This document shows positions 12,471 to 24,530 of a stretch of DNA of 64,000 bases, piece after piece. Source of the stretch: Vicugna vicugna. Lineage: Eukaryota. Under the pieces are notes generated by a model. That model had not been told where the DNA came from. It worked only from the letters and a program-made list of their open reading frames with translations, and did no database searches. The DNA lies in assembly GCA_013265495.1 (NCBI GenBank), contig MU059403.1, forward strand, positions 1,068,960 to 1,132,959. The letters are read 5' to 3'. Made by a program: the position numbers and the translations under genes. Position 1 is the stretch's first letter. Each line of letters begins with the position of its first letter.

Positions 12471-13817
12471 CTCCATGGTCCCTGTCCTTGTTTTGCATGT
12501 AATTATGATCTTAAAAAAGCTCTGAGAGAGGAGGACATCCCAGAAGAAGACCCAGCCCCACTCCCTTATCTTCCCTGGTCTCTCTCCAGTCCTCTGCTTG
12601 ACTTTGTTCAGATTTAGGAGATTTAGGGTTTAGGAGAGACTCCTGTCACTCACAATCAGAGTTATCCATTTGGAGGCAACTGTATGGGGAAAAGTCATCC
12701 TTTCTGTGAAGGTGAAATTTCCCTCTAATTTCCACTTCTCAGTCCTTGCTAGCTCTGCCCTCTGGTCCACTGCAGACTGTATCTGCAAATTCTTTCGTAT
12801 GACAACTTGGGAAATTTTTGGAGCCATTTCTGAGATTTCTCACATACTCTTTCTCTTTCGTCTCCAAGATAAACATAAAAAATGCCCTTATCCTTTCTTC
12901 TAAGAAGTAGTGTCAGAACATTTATCAGCCTGGCCAGTCTCTGAGGATGGACTGAGGTCAGTGATATTACCGTAAAAGGAGGTATGAACTTGGTTCAGGG
13001 CTGACTTCGGGGAGGCAGTGAACACATCTTGAGCATTTGCTTTGGGACATTTTCCTGGGAGTCTTACTTAACGGGGCCCATGGCCTTTGAGGCTCACGAC
13101 TCAGAAAGGCGACGACAAGGCTTCTGTGTGATACTCCCAGCATATATAAAGTGCTTGGTTGTCACAATATTAGCTGTTATGTTTTAGCACAAAGTCATTC
13201 TGAATTTCAGTCTGCTGAGGCTCCCAGATCTAATGCTTCGCTCTGCTGTGTTCTGTACATTTCATCTTCTGAACTTCTCTGCTCACATCCCTGTTACATG
13301 CCCTCTGGGTGGTATCAGCTTGTGGTTCCCATCTTTCAGATTATGTTGAATCTTGGTTTGACATGTGACTATTAATTCTGCCTGGAAGATATACGTAAAT
13401 TTGGGAAGCTTAGATTATTCATTTTTATTCAAATACCATACATCCTTGATTCTTATGTGTACTTTTTCATCTTGTAATATTTCTGGGGAAAGGGTGCATC
13501 TCACATGCAATGTGAGTAATGTTTTCTCCTGAAAAATGTGTGTTAAGTCAGGGCTTTGTTTTACATCTCGTGATGTCTCACAGATGAGAACTGCAGAGAG
13601 CTGTGCATGACCGGGACTGTTGAGGGTTCTGTCCAGTGACGTTTCTCTAGAGCAGTGGCTCCCAAACATTAGAACCAGCTGGTGATCATCAGTGAAAAGT
13701 ACTGGTGCCCATGGCCAGTCCCAGGAGACCGCGATGAACCGGGACTGGGGCGTTCCCAGAGCCCCTCTGTTGATCTGATGTGCGGTGGGAGCTGAGTGCC
13801 TCGGCTGCAGACGGGGC

Positions 13818-13836
13818 TAGTGCCCCCTCGCGTCAC
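13818..13836 (-). promoter_or_regulatory. Candidate CTCF site
   Basis: Minus strand TGACGCGAGGGGGCACTA resembles the CTCF core CCAGCAGGGGGCGCTA. Confidence 0.4.
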
Positions 13837-15129
13837 CCCATTCACTTCCTCGGAGCATCTATAACTGTTGCAGATCATTGCTGCCGGACTCACAGTGGCC
13901 TGGGACGCCGGCTTTGATGGAAGGAATGCGTTTCCTGTCTGTCCGTCAAAAGCGGCAGGTGCGCTGCCTGCAGGACTGTGCTGATTTCAGCGCACCGCTC
14001 GGCGGCCTCAGGCGGTCATTTGTCCACTAAGCCCATGTCCCTGATGATTCTGCATCAGCGATGACCCTAAGCTTTGCCCTCATCTCGCTTTATTTCCCTA
14101 GAGACAAGCAGACAGAGCAGCCGTGGGCCCTGGGAGGGAACCAGGAGGCCGGGTCTGATCTGGGTGCTGCTGCCACATGGGGCCTGAGAACGACACCGGG
14201 CTTGGGGACCTTGCATGCAAATGGGCGGAGTCACAAGAACAAGACGCGTTTAAGGACCTCTTGTTCTGGCTCCTCCCACTACACAGACTGCGCAGGAGCT
14301 GTCACGCTGTTACCCTGTGTGCTGAGCTCGACTTCTGACTGCCACGTGGCAACGTTCACATAAAGGAGGTTACTGGAAATGCGGTACCACGGCCCTAGAC
14401 AAAGACCAGTCCCAGCTCCCCAAACCCAGGCAAGGCCCGGACAGCCCCGGTCAGGTTATCCCTTCAGGAGAAGAGAAGCCGGTTCGGAAGAAAAGCCAGG
14501 CTCTCCCGAGCCGGGAGGCCTCGCTGCTGAGTGATGCCCTCTGTCCCCACAATGTGTTCGTGTTCCCCTTCTCCCAGGCAGTCACTCACCACTGACCTCC
14601 TTCAGAGCCGGGGTGGTGGGGATGGCAACAAGGAGGCACCTGCTCACCAAGGGAAACAAAGGCTTCCCCCACGTCCACGGCAGGCGCTGCTGCAGCTCGG
14701 TCCAGAAGGTCCAGAACAGGATGCAAAGGAACCTCGGGGGAGCCTGCAGCTGGAGCCCCGAGGGCGCATCCCCCTCCCATCACGCACTGGGAGACAAGCC
14801 CGGACCCCCACGCCTGTGTGCAGCACGCACGCCCATGCACGTTTCACTCTGGTTCCCTTCTGACTCTGCGTACCGGGCCTGTTTAAATTCAGCCCCGATC
14901 CTCCCGGATAAACAGACATCCTGTACCCAGGATGTTGTGACCAGGAGTGAAGGAGAGAAAACCAGACCTGGCCACGGTGGAGTCCGCCCGACCGAGTGAG
15001 ATGGAAAACGAAGCCCCGCACCCAGGGCACCCTCCTCTGATGCGAGTGGCCGTTGCCACCTAGCGTTGGATGCCGCCGGTCGCGTGGATAGGAGGAGCGG
15101 CTCCATAGACTAGGGGGGTCTCCCGAGTC

Positions 15130-15730
15130 TTCACGCTGCTCAGCGCCGCACGATCCAGGCGCGGCAAGGCCCCACGGCAAGCCCAGGCCCACCGGCCGGA
15201 GGTGGGGCGTTCCACATGCGCGGCCCCCGAGCTCCGCCGGCGGGTACCGTCCTCAAGAGGGGCGGCGGAAGGAGTCGGCCTGGGAGACCCTGGCGAAGGG
15301 GCAGTCGGACCCACACACCTGGGCGGCTCCGCCCACAGCCGCGGACTGTGGGGGGCGCTCTGCCTCCTCCTCCCGGGGGGAGCCCTCGGCGCAGTAGTAA
15401 CGGGGACCGCGGACCGCCACACCAGAGCCCGCGGGCCTCTGCACGCGCGCGCACTCCCGCTCGTTCCACGGCAGGGCTCGTCTTCCCGAAGCGCGGAGAA
15501 CGCGGAGGCGCACGTGCTGGCGCGTCCGGGGATCAGGTCCCCGCCAGGGCCAGCCCAGTGTCTGCGCTTTCCGGGGTGGCCCGCTGCCCCGCCCGCAGCC
15601 CCCTGGCCCAGGGTACACCCCGCTGCCCGCTGCCCGCTGCCCGCTGCCCGCTGCATTGTCCCTGCGGGCGGGGCTGGTGGATTATTTTTTAAAAAGCCAT
15701 TCAGCCTGGGGGGCGCCTGAGGCAGCCGCA
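15130..15730. promoter_or_regulatory. CpG island with GC box and TATA-like element; direction ambiguous
   Basis: High CpG; GGGCGGGGC ~15666 followed by TTTTTTAAAAAG ~15685-15696; minus-strand donor-like CCCAG|GTGTGT ~15320. Confidence 0.75.
15619..15653. repeat. (CCCGCTG)5 heptamer tandem repeat
   Basis: Five perfect copies. Confidence 0.97.
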
Positions 15731-17532
15731 CCACTTCGTCTCACACCAATTACAGAAGCTTCCTGACTACCAACCGAAGCGCCCTGGGGCGTTTGTTGCT
15801 TGCACAAATCCTCTGGGCCCCTCTCAGCTCAGGCAGCAGAGTGCTGAGGTCCAGGCAGAGGGTGGCTGCAGGGGCCTGGCCCCAGGAGTCCCAAGAAGCT
15901 TCAGCTTTCCCAGGTCAGGCCCGCAGAGGACAGCAAATCCCACAGGACCCAAAGTGGCTTGGAACCCACAGCCATGGGGAGACAGATACTTTGGAGTGAA
16001 TGTCAGAAAGAACAGAAGGTACAGGGCTCCGGCCCCTCCCTGGTTCCTGGGCTGGAAAACTAAATAGGATGCTGGAGACTCAGGTGGGTCAGGAGACGTG
16101 AGTCTTCTCTGGAAGGAGGCACCCCTGGGGTCCCTGGTTCCTGCTCCTCCGTGGCCGGTGGTTTTCATATCACTCTTTTGGGGAGATTAAGGAAAACTCG
16201 TGTTCTGATGCTGCTGTGAATTCACAGGCTACGGGTCATGTTGAATAAAATGACAGAAAATGTTTTGAAGTGAAGCAGGGAGGTGCGCGAGGCCAACAGT
16301 GCCATCACTCTCCTGGGCAGGAAGCCTGGGCCTTAGAAGGGTCCGTATTAAAACCAGCGATTGGGAAAGGAGAGGCAGCTGAGTGTCCTGCAGGGCTGTC
16401 GTTCTATAAACTAACCAACGGTCTTCAATTATCTCCCGTTTAAGAGGCAGAGAAGAGATTATTCAAAAGGACTGAGGGCTTTTGTGGTCTGGGGTCCGTA
16501 GGCTAGCGGAGGGTGTTCAGCAATGAATTATCGCCCCGTGGCGCTATACACATACCCCAGACGTGAACAGTCCCCTCCTGCAGGATCCGGTGAAGCAACC
16601 CTTTATTTTTCCGCTAAGCCAGGGTTAGGGAGCCCGTGTGAGGAACTGAGGCACCCAGAGTCTGCAGGGACCGTTCTACCAGCTCATGCACTGCATTTTT
16701 CCGCACGCTGTTTGCTCAGCCTGTAACCAGGCATTAAAGCTTTGTTGTAAGCGGCCCCTGGACTCTGTTGGCACCAGGGATGCCAAACACATAACCCAGA
16801 AATCATTCCTGGTGACCTAAATGCCTCCTGTCTGTTTGGGGAGAGCAGGGAGCACATTAGGGCTGCTGCTGGCGTGTCTGGCACGCTCTGCGGGAGGAGG
16901 GCTGGGTCTGCCAAGGTTGCTGGCCCGGGGGGGTGGGGGGCCTCCTCTCCTCTCTCCAGTGGACACATCCTCCAATGGGGAGGCTCAACCCTCATCAGGG
17001 GCCCGCGAGCAGTCCAGCCCCCCTGCCCTGTCCCACCCTGGGTGACAGCACGTTTAGACCCCAGAGCCAGTTTCCAGAGGTGCTGGCAGGATCCCGGGGA
17101 GGTCAGCGAGACTGGGCGTCTGTCCGGAGATGGTGCCTGTTCCAGAGGCAGTGGTCCTCAGGAGGGAGCAGGAAGGGCAGTCTCCAGGTGTCAGAACTCG
17201 TGGCTGGGACCCAATCTGAATGGCTGATGATAATTTGAGACGTGGCTGGGAGCTGAGGGGGTCCGTGTTTCTCACCCCAAGGTAGAAGCCTGTCAACGCT
17301 GCTTCCCAAGAGCCCCCGAGCTCACGTGTGGCCCCGGCCCCCAGCACCTGGGCACCACTGGTGATTCCATAATGACGTGGCTCTCCCGGGCCCAGCGGTG
17401 ACGTCCTAGTGTGGTTAACCAGGTTAGGACGTGACCGCTGAGGGGTACACTTCATCTCTGCCAGGCTTGGTCCCAGGTGGGGCCAAGTTGGAGGGCAATG
17501 GGCAGCACCCACGGCGGGGAGAGAGCTTGAGG

Positions 17533-17570
17533 CTGGACACTGACCACCAGCCTGGACACTGACCACCAGC
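17533..17570. repeat. 19-bp tandem duplication (CTGGACACTGACCACCAGC)2
   Basis: Two exact copies. Confidence 0.95.
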
Positions 17571-19228
17571 TTGACATCACAGTGACTGAGCTCACTTCAC
17601 AGAAGCGGCAGGAACAGGGAATCACCATTCCAGGGCTGGTTCCGGGGTAGGGGGCTGGGAGGGAGCCCGAAGGGGGAGGTTCTGAAAGGAAATGTGACAG
17701 GGTGGGACGTTCCGCTGGTCTTGGGCACCTGGGGGTGCAGCTCGGGGGAGGTGGCACCTGTGCTGGGAAGCAGTTCTGGGTCATGTGAGTAGATGAAGGC
17801 CAGTCCGAGTCAAGTGCTGGGACGCAGGCTAACCTGCTCTTGGGAGACGAACGGTAGGATGGGCCCCAGCGACTTCGGGGGAGCCCAGAATGCGGACCGA
17901 CTGGGAGGTGGGCACAGCCTGGAGACAGCAGCCATACTGCAGGGAGACCGGCAGAGACCCCCCCGGGAAGGGAGAGGGGGCAAGTGAAGCGACACTCGGT
18001 CAGCAGTTTGAGGTTGTCCCTGCCTGTGTCCGCGTCCTCACACCCCCTCGGGTGGCTCTGAGGGTCCAGCTCTGCATTAGAGTGCTCTTTGGGGAGTGGC
18101 CACAGAGTACCACTCACACGTGACAGAGGACCGTGGCGACCTGCTGGCCGGCCCAGGAGGGGCCAGAGCTGAGACCCGTAGACACTGCAATTCGGATCTA
18201 GAAGATCTGGAAGAACTCCAGCCCCCACTGACCCCCCCACCCCCAAAACACAGAAATCCTCAGAAACACCTGGGGAGGGACTAGATTTCCCTCAATACAA
18301 AAGATGGGGCTCAGGTGCAATGCCTGGTTTCCAAGGGAAAGCATCGAACAGAAGACAGAGGCAGTGTTGGTGTGGAATCCAGTCGGCAAGAGACCAAGCA
18401 AGCCGCAGGGCCAGTCACCAGGCCAGGTTCTGCTTTAGCCGGGCTGCCCAGCAGCAGCCCCGCCCTTTCCCCGAGGCTTCCATGGTCCAGGTGGGCTCTC
18501 CCCAGGGCTTCAGGCGAGGCTGCTCAGGCCAGCCCATTCAGCCCGGCGGGGACTCTCAGGGACTCAGAGTGGCTGCAGAAGCTGGTGAACAGCTCAGTGG
18601 AGGGGAGATAAGTCGGCCTTCCCTGGGGGCTCTGCAGTCAGCGCCTGGATTAGATATAAAATCCTCCACGTTGGTTCCAGCCTCGTGGGTTCCGAGATGA
18701 TCGGGTGATAACGCAGATGTCAGATGCATGAGGAGCCTTCTCAATTCAAAACAAATTTAGTCAAAATCCGCCAACTCCCTCAAAAGTTGCTTGGGACACA
18801 GTTCTCAGTATTTCCATTTTATTAGATATGTAGTAGCATAGGTTTAATTAACAAAATACTTGGTGATCATCCTAAAGGTCCTCCGACTGATGACAAGTTC
18901 AGTGTCCCCAGGAGCATTCATTTGTCGGGGGAGCTGCCCCAGGTCAAGATGGATTTGGGGGTGTGACTCACTGGCTGGGCACCGGTTCCACCAACGAGGA
19001 CCAAACCCTGCCCTACCTCCCCCACTGCAATCAAACCAGCAGGGGCCCGTTTGCATCCGCAGGGAACTCACAGCTGGAATGTGTTCTTCCAGCCGCTTCT
19101 CGGGCTTGAGGACAAGAGAGCCTTGTTCCTTGTTTGGCCAGGAGGTCAGGGTTCACCACGGTGGGCGTGTGGGTTTTCCCATCTCAGACAACGTCCCCTG
19201 AATGTTTCTTCAGTGCCCAGTGCTGCGT

Positions 19229-19269
19229 CCCCCCACCCCCCCCCCCCCCCCACGCCCCCCCCCCCCCCC
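19229..19269. repeat. Interrupted poly-C tract (poly-G on minus)
   Basis: C6-A-C16-ACG-C15. Confidence 0.95.
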
Positions 19270-21055
19270 GGGCGCGGGCCACCTCGCGGGCAGGCAGCCT
19301 GTCCCTGCACTTACTACGCGCATCCCCCTGACGATGCCAAGTGACACCGCCAAGCCGTTTGGCCCAAAATGAAACACACACGACTATGCACTCATCATTC
19401 CGTGTGAGACAGTGTCCGCCCACGCTGACTTGGTGGGAAATATGATTTGGTCCCCAGTCTTTGATGCAGTTTGAGGAGTTCACGGTTGACAACAGAGTTC
19501 GCAGTGGCACCTATGAAGGGAGAAGAGGGTGGTGACCCTCGTGCTGAACATACAAGGAAACCAGGGACAGGGACGCCGGGGCCGAGGCCGAGAGACCAGG
19601 GCTCCGATGAGCCGGCCGGCCTAGCGTCCTGTCCTGTTTGCACCTACCTTTCTGAGAAAAGATGGATTTTCACAGCAGATAGAGAACAGTCCTACACTCA
19701 AGACGTGCGTGTTGACGTAGACGCCGGCTGCAGACCCAGACCCAGGGAGCTGCTCCCTGCTTGGACCAGCCATGCTGCTCTGCGCAGAGCCATCAGCAAG
19801 AGGCACGCTCGTGTCTGGGAACTGAACGTCTTGTTTTGGGTTCTCAAGAGCGTCTGTCAAGCTCAGGGTTTCTGATGCACATTAACCCCACCCCCAGGAA
19901 AAGTAGAGACACCTGAGAAACAGTCACTTGAAACTCTTACAGAGGAGGAACGACCACTGTCCCCTGCCCTGGAGGGGGCGAGCAGTGGACCCACGCAGCC
20001 TTGGTTTGCCCTGAGCGGGGTGTCTGCTCCTCCAGAGCACTCGCCAAATAGAAGTGAAGGTGGGCTGGTGAGCGTCCCTGACAGCAGAGTTCTTGGTCTG
20101 ACCTCAGGGGAGCACACGGAAACCACCACGATTTTGTCCCACTGGTCTGGATGAGTCCGGGCTGGCTCCCCAGGTCTGTTCTGGCAGCTCGGGCACCAGT
20201 GCTGTCCCTGGGAGGATGGGAAGGGCGACCCCGTGGGCTCACCTGTCAGATGCCTGCAGCTGCCCCCAGCCCCCGCCATCCTGCCGGGACAGCGCTCCAT
20301 CGCGTCCCCAGAGGTTGTCTGTGCACTTTGACTTTTCAGTGCTTGGTATCTTGTCTCCTCCTCAGAGGCTTAAAATCATGCTTCACGCTTCTGCCTTCCC
20401 TAATCCCAGGCTGTGCCTGGAAACTTGATGCGTCAGTTTCCCGGCTTTTTCAGTCACCATCACGTAGTCCCAAAGGTCTCCCTTCCCTGACACGGCTCCT
20501 TCCTCTCTTCCTCCTCACGGGGAACACGATGGGAGAGGAGTGGCGGTGGGCTTCGTGGGTGCCCGGGCGCCCCTGGGAACAAGGCCTCCTCCCCTCCTCT
20601 GGAGAGCGGTAACGTCAGAGTGGGAGCCGTCCTGCAGGCCAGGAAGGTGGGGGCCACAATCAGTGGCCGCAAGTTACCAACATCTTGTCCCCTGGGAAGT
20701 CTGGCCTTCTTGCTGGCCGATACCTGGTCTTACAGGCAGCGGCCAGTGCCGCGTTTAAAAATATGTGAGCGACCAGTCCCTGACGCCCGCCCCTGGCCAC
20801 AGGGTGAGGCATGGGTCCCGGCGGTCTGGGTCAGCTGGAGGCCGGGCTGGAAGCCGGGACGCAGGAGGTGGCAGGCCCTGCCCGCCTCTGCCCTCGCGGG
20901 GCCAGGAAGGACCACAGGTGTCTGCCCATCACCCTGTCCCCGCAGTGGTGTGCCCCTGTCTCAGAGGAGGAAGGCCCCGCACATGGCTCCCCTCTCTTTA
21001 TGTTCAGGAGCAAGACGGACTTCACGTGCTGATCTGGGAAAGCCCTAACGTGATT

Positions 21056-21293
21056 ATGCGTGTGTATGTGTATTGATGTGTGTGTACATACACGTGTATT
21101 TACGTGTGTGAGAGTGTATGTATGTGTGAGTGTGCGCATTCAAGGTGTAAGTATGAATGTGAATGTGTGTGTGTAGGTCTGTGTGTGCATGTGTGTATGT
21201 GTACTCAGGCACGTGTATTTGTGTGGGTATGTGAGTGGGTGTGTATATGCATGTGTACACGTGTGGGCATGCGCGTGTGTGAGCGTGCACGTG
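21056..21293. repeat. Long degenerate (TG)n alternating purine-pyrimidine repeat
   Basis: tgtgtatgtgtattgatgtgtgtgtacatacacgtgt...gcgcgtgtgtgagcgtgcacgtg. Confidence 0.9.
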
Positions 21294-22959
21294 GGACCTG
21301 GAGGAGCAGCTGCCCTTTCTCCCCAGGACTAGAGCAGGGAGCGCCCGAGAGCCCCAGGCTGAGCCTTCCTCCTCCTGCCCCTCGAGGAAGAGAAATAGGC
21401 AGACGTCTAGCCCTGTGCCGCGTGGCTCCAGGACCCTGGGCCTCCACTGAAACTGCCTCCTTTCTCAGCAAGGGGAGCTGTGGTTTCACAAGCGAGCAGA
21501 GAGCAGGAGAGATGCCAGGACACCACAGAGGTGATGGGTCGGGGTGCGCTGGGGGCTAAGTGCTCGCGTGGAGCCCACAGCAGGGAGGTCTCGCCTCTTG
21601 GGGCCGGTGTGACGCCTGCGACCCTGCCACCACCGCCGTGTGATTTACTGGGAGCCTGAGAGCCGGGCTCCCCGAACCCCCAGAAGGGAGTGTACTTCCT
21701 GTGAAGAGAGGAACCAAGACAAAGAACAGATGCAGGCAGGATCCGCTCTCGAAGAATCCGGATGGTTTTCAGAAAATCGAGTCGGCGACCTGGAAGGAGC
21801 GCCCAGAATGAGGCGGTGTCCCGCGTGTGCGTGCAGTCCTGGGACAGCACCTCCCGGGCCCCCACCTGGAACACCGCCCCCGCCGGTGCTGCTGGCGGCC
21901 GGCCGCCCCACGCTGATCTCGCGTGCACGCTCCGGGGAGAAGGGCAGGGGGAAGGCCCCCAGGGCGCCCTCCGCGCGGGACTCGGGGGTTCCCAGAAGAC
22001 AGAGCCACGAGCTCTGCTCTGTCAGGGTCCCCGCCCCTCCCCCGTTCTCCCACGGGTGAGCCCCACCCCTCACTCGCTTTCCCCTCTGGAGTGCGGTGTG
22101 TGCCCGCTCTCCTGGTGTCCAGGTGAGGACACGTGCGTTCACGTCTGAGGGTGCACGGCACGCCTGGGCTGTGAGCACACGCAGAGCATGTGGTGCTGGG
22201 GCTGGGCCTCCCTGTGGTGCCTGCAGACCAGGTCTGCTGTTGAAGAAGGGCGGTCTCCTCCCCTGGCTTCCACAGCCCCCTGGTTGGAAGGAAGGGTCCC
22301 ACGCCGGGAGTTCGGCAGCCACGAGAGAGTCCTCTTCTACAGAGAAGGGAGGGTCTCGCCCTGGCCAGGCCACCGTGCTGCCCGTCTGGAGGCTGGGATA
22401 ACCTGTGAATGATGCTCGGCGCCACCGCTCCCCCTCCCTGGCACTGCGTACGGCGGTGGCTTAGCCTGGGAACTTCACAGTTCGGTCTTGGATGCTCTGA
22501 GCACGCCGCAGCTGCTGTGACGGACCTGACAAACGGGGACTCTGGGACTTGGCTGCTGTAATTAAGATGCAGTGGGCCCAGGTGAGCAGCGGTGTCCTGG
22601 CAGGTGGCCAGGAGACGGGGCTCTGCCCCACCTGCACCCTCAAGCTGACGCTCCTGCAGCCTTTGCCCAGAGATCTCTGGGGACACAGTACAGACAGGTG
22701 GGTTTGTAACAGAAATGCTTGGCGGCCCTCGCTGCCCTGAGCCGCATAGCTTTCTGGCTGCGCGCCTCGTCGGCTCGTGGGCACCAGGCTGCTGGGCCAG
22801 GGTTTATCCCCATTAAGTCGTCCCCACATTTGCTTGAGTTTCTCCAAAAGTTTCCTCCCCCTTCACTCGGGCTCTGATTCTGAGACCTTCCCTTAACCAG
22901 AGATGAGAATCGTGGAACCCACTGTATCTCCGAAGCCTGCCTATACAGTGTTTTTTGTT

Positions 22960-23880
22960 ATTTCACGGCATATCAAGGCAAAGCTGAGTAACACCAAAGA
23001 CAAAGAGAAAATTTTTAAAGCAACCAGAAAGAAAACACATACCGCCACCAAAACGCGATGTCACTGCAGTTGGACTGACGGCAGATTACGCCAAGAACCA
23101 CACTCAGATAAACCACTGTGCAACGGTGAGAGAGAGGACACTTCTAGACAAAGATCTGGAGCGCTCCCCCCTCCACGGAATGACTGCGGATCTTCATTCA
23201 GTGAGAAGAGAGTTAGAACCAGAGGAGGGATGGGGTTTGATGGGAATGGTGAGCAATGAGATGCATAAAAATGACGGTGAACGTGAATAAACATGGACAG
23301 CAAACGTTCCTCACGGTAATAACACGAACTGCGGTGACTGCAAGGCGGTTAATAACAAGCTGAAACGAGACGGCACCGGGAAGACGGGTCAGGGGTGCAA
23401 GCTCGGGTGACCCCGCGTCCCGGGGGTCCCGGGGACGGACCGTTTACTTCAGGTCTTGCTGCGTGGGGCGGGCTTGCTCCGATGTTTAGAGGCAGCACCA
23501 AGGGGCTAGACGGACAATGTGTGACTTCTAGCCTCCGGAGGAAAAAGGGGGACAAGGTAAGAGTGATCATTTCAGTAGAGTGCAAAAAACTAAATCTGAA
23601 GAAAGGTGAGGGAGATCACGGTCAACAGAAACACCGACACGAGGCCAGGAGGGTCGAGCTCGGTGGTAGAGCGCGTGTTTAGCGTGCACGTGGTCCTGGG
23701 GTCCTGGGTTCAGTCCCCAGTACCTCCGTTAAAAAAAATAAGTCAGTAAACCTAATTACGTCCCTCCAAAATAAAAAATAATAATAAATAAAAAAAATAA
23801 ATGAAAAAGAAATGCCGACAGGAACTGCTCATGGGTAAGTCCCAGTACGTGAGGGGCGCAGGAAATACACAAAGTGACCT
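22960..23880 (+). mobile_element. Ancient LINE-1 (L1M) ORF1-region relic, split by a SINE
   Basis: Translation SRHIKAKLSNTKDKEKIFKATRKK resembles the L1 ORF1p motif (PRHIIIKLSKTKDKEKILKAAREK); A-rich L1-like sequence continues on both sides of the SINE. Confidence 0.7.
23647..23807 (+). mobile_element. Camelid tRNA-Ala-derived SINE (Vic-1/SINE1_Vpa type)
   Basis: ggagggtcgagctcggtggtagagcgcgtgtttagcgtgcac...gggttcagtccccagtacctcc, tail aaacctaattacgtccctcc plus A-rich tail; decayed TSD agaaacaccgaca (23627-23639) / agaaatgccgaca (23808-23820). Confidence 0.92.
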
Positions 23881-24304
23881 CCCTGTCAGGAGAGACGGGC
23901 GAGCCCCACGTTCTCAGATCGTCACACAGAGCCACCTGGATCCGGGGCAGCAGAGCCGTCTTGCAACCTGGGCCTGGGCAGTCGGTGCCCTGCCTGGACT
24001 TTCTAATTCAGACGTCTGAGGACCAGGCTTTGAGAAACAGCTGTAATCACGGGACGAGACCGACGAGCCGGGTCTGCGAATTTGCAGGGTCACCGTGCAC
24101 CGGGGATTTGTGTTTCGTGTGCCGACTCGGACAGAGGTGACTCCCCCCTCCTCCTTTTGGCACTGAGCCTGCTGCGGCCTCGTGGGCCTGGGGGCACAGC
24201 CCTACGGGCTGCTGACCAGAGGGGCTAAGCTCTTTGCTGCCGAGGAAGCCCCACGGAAGTCTGCCCACCCCTCCCGTTCCCCCACGGGCTTGGAGAGGAC
24301 GCAG

Positions 24305-24530
24305 TGACTCCTAGGGATGCAGCCAAAAAAGACTCACCTAAATTCACAAAGATTTATGCACACGGATGTTCACTGCAGCGTTTTCTTATAATAGCAAAAG
24401 CTGGGGAAAACCCACATGCCAGTCAGCAAGGGCTTGGTGGGCAGGTGCTGGTCGAGCCCTGCAACGCCGCTGGGCAAAGGACGAGAGCAGACGCGCAGTT
24501 GCTGGCGTGGAAAGGCGCCCAGGACACCTC
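24305..24530 (+). mobile_element. L1ME-like 3' fragment, strongly diverged
   Basis: ggatgttcactgcagcgttttcttataatagcaaaagctggggaaaacccacatgcc resembles the L1M segment atgttcattgcagcattatttataatagcaaaaaactggaaacaacccaaatgtcc. Confidence 0.75.

Noticed and set aside
21769-22686. Longest ORF (305 aa, minus) and overlapping 242-aa ORF
   Set aside because: No recognisable domain, low-complexity composition, overlapping ORFs on both strands, no convincing splice context
22903-23259. 118-aa ATG-initiated ORF
   Set aside because: Explained by the decayed L1 ORF1 fragment
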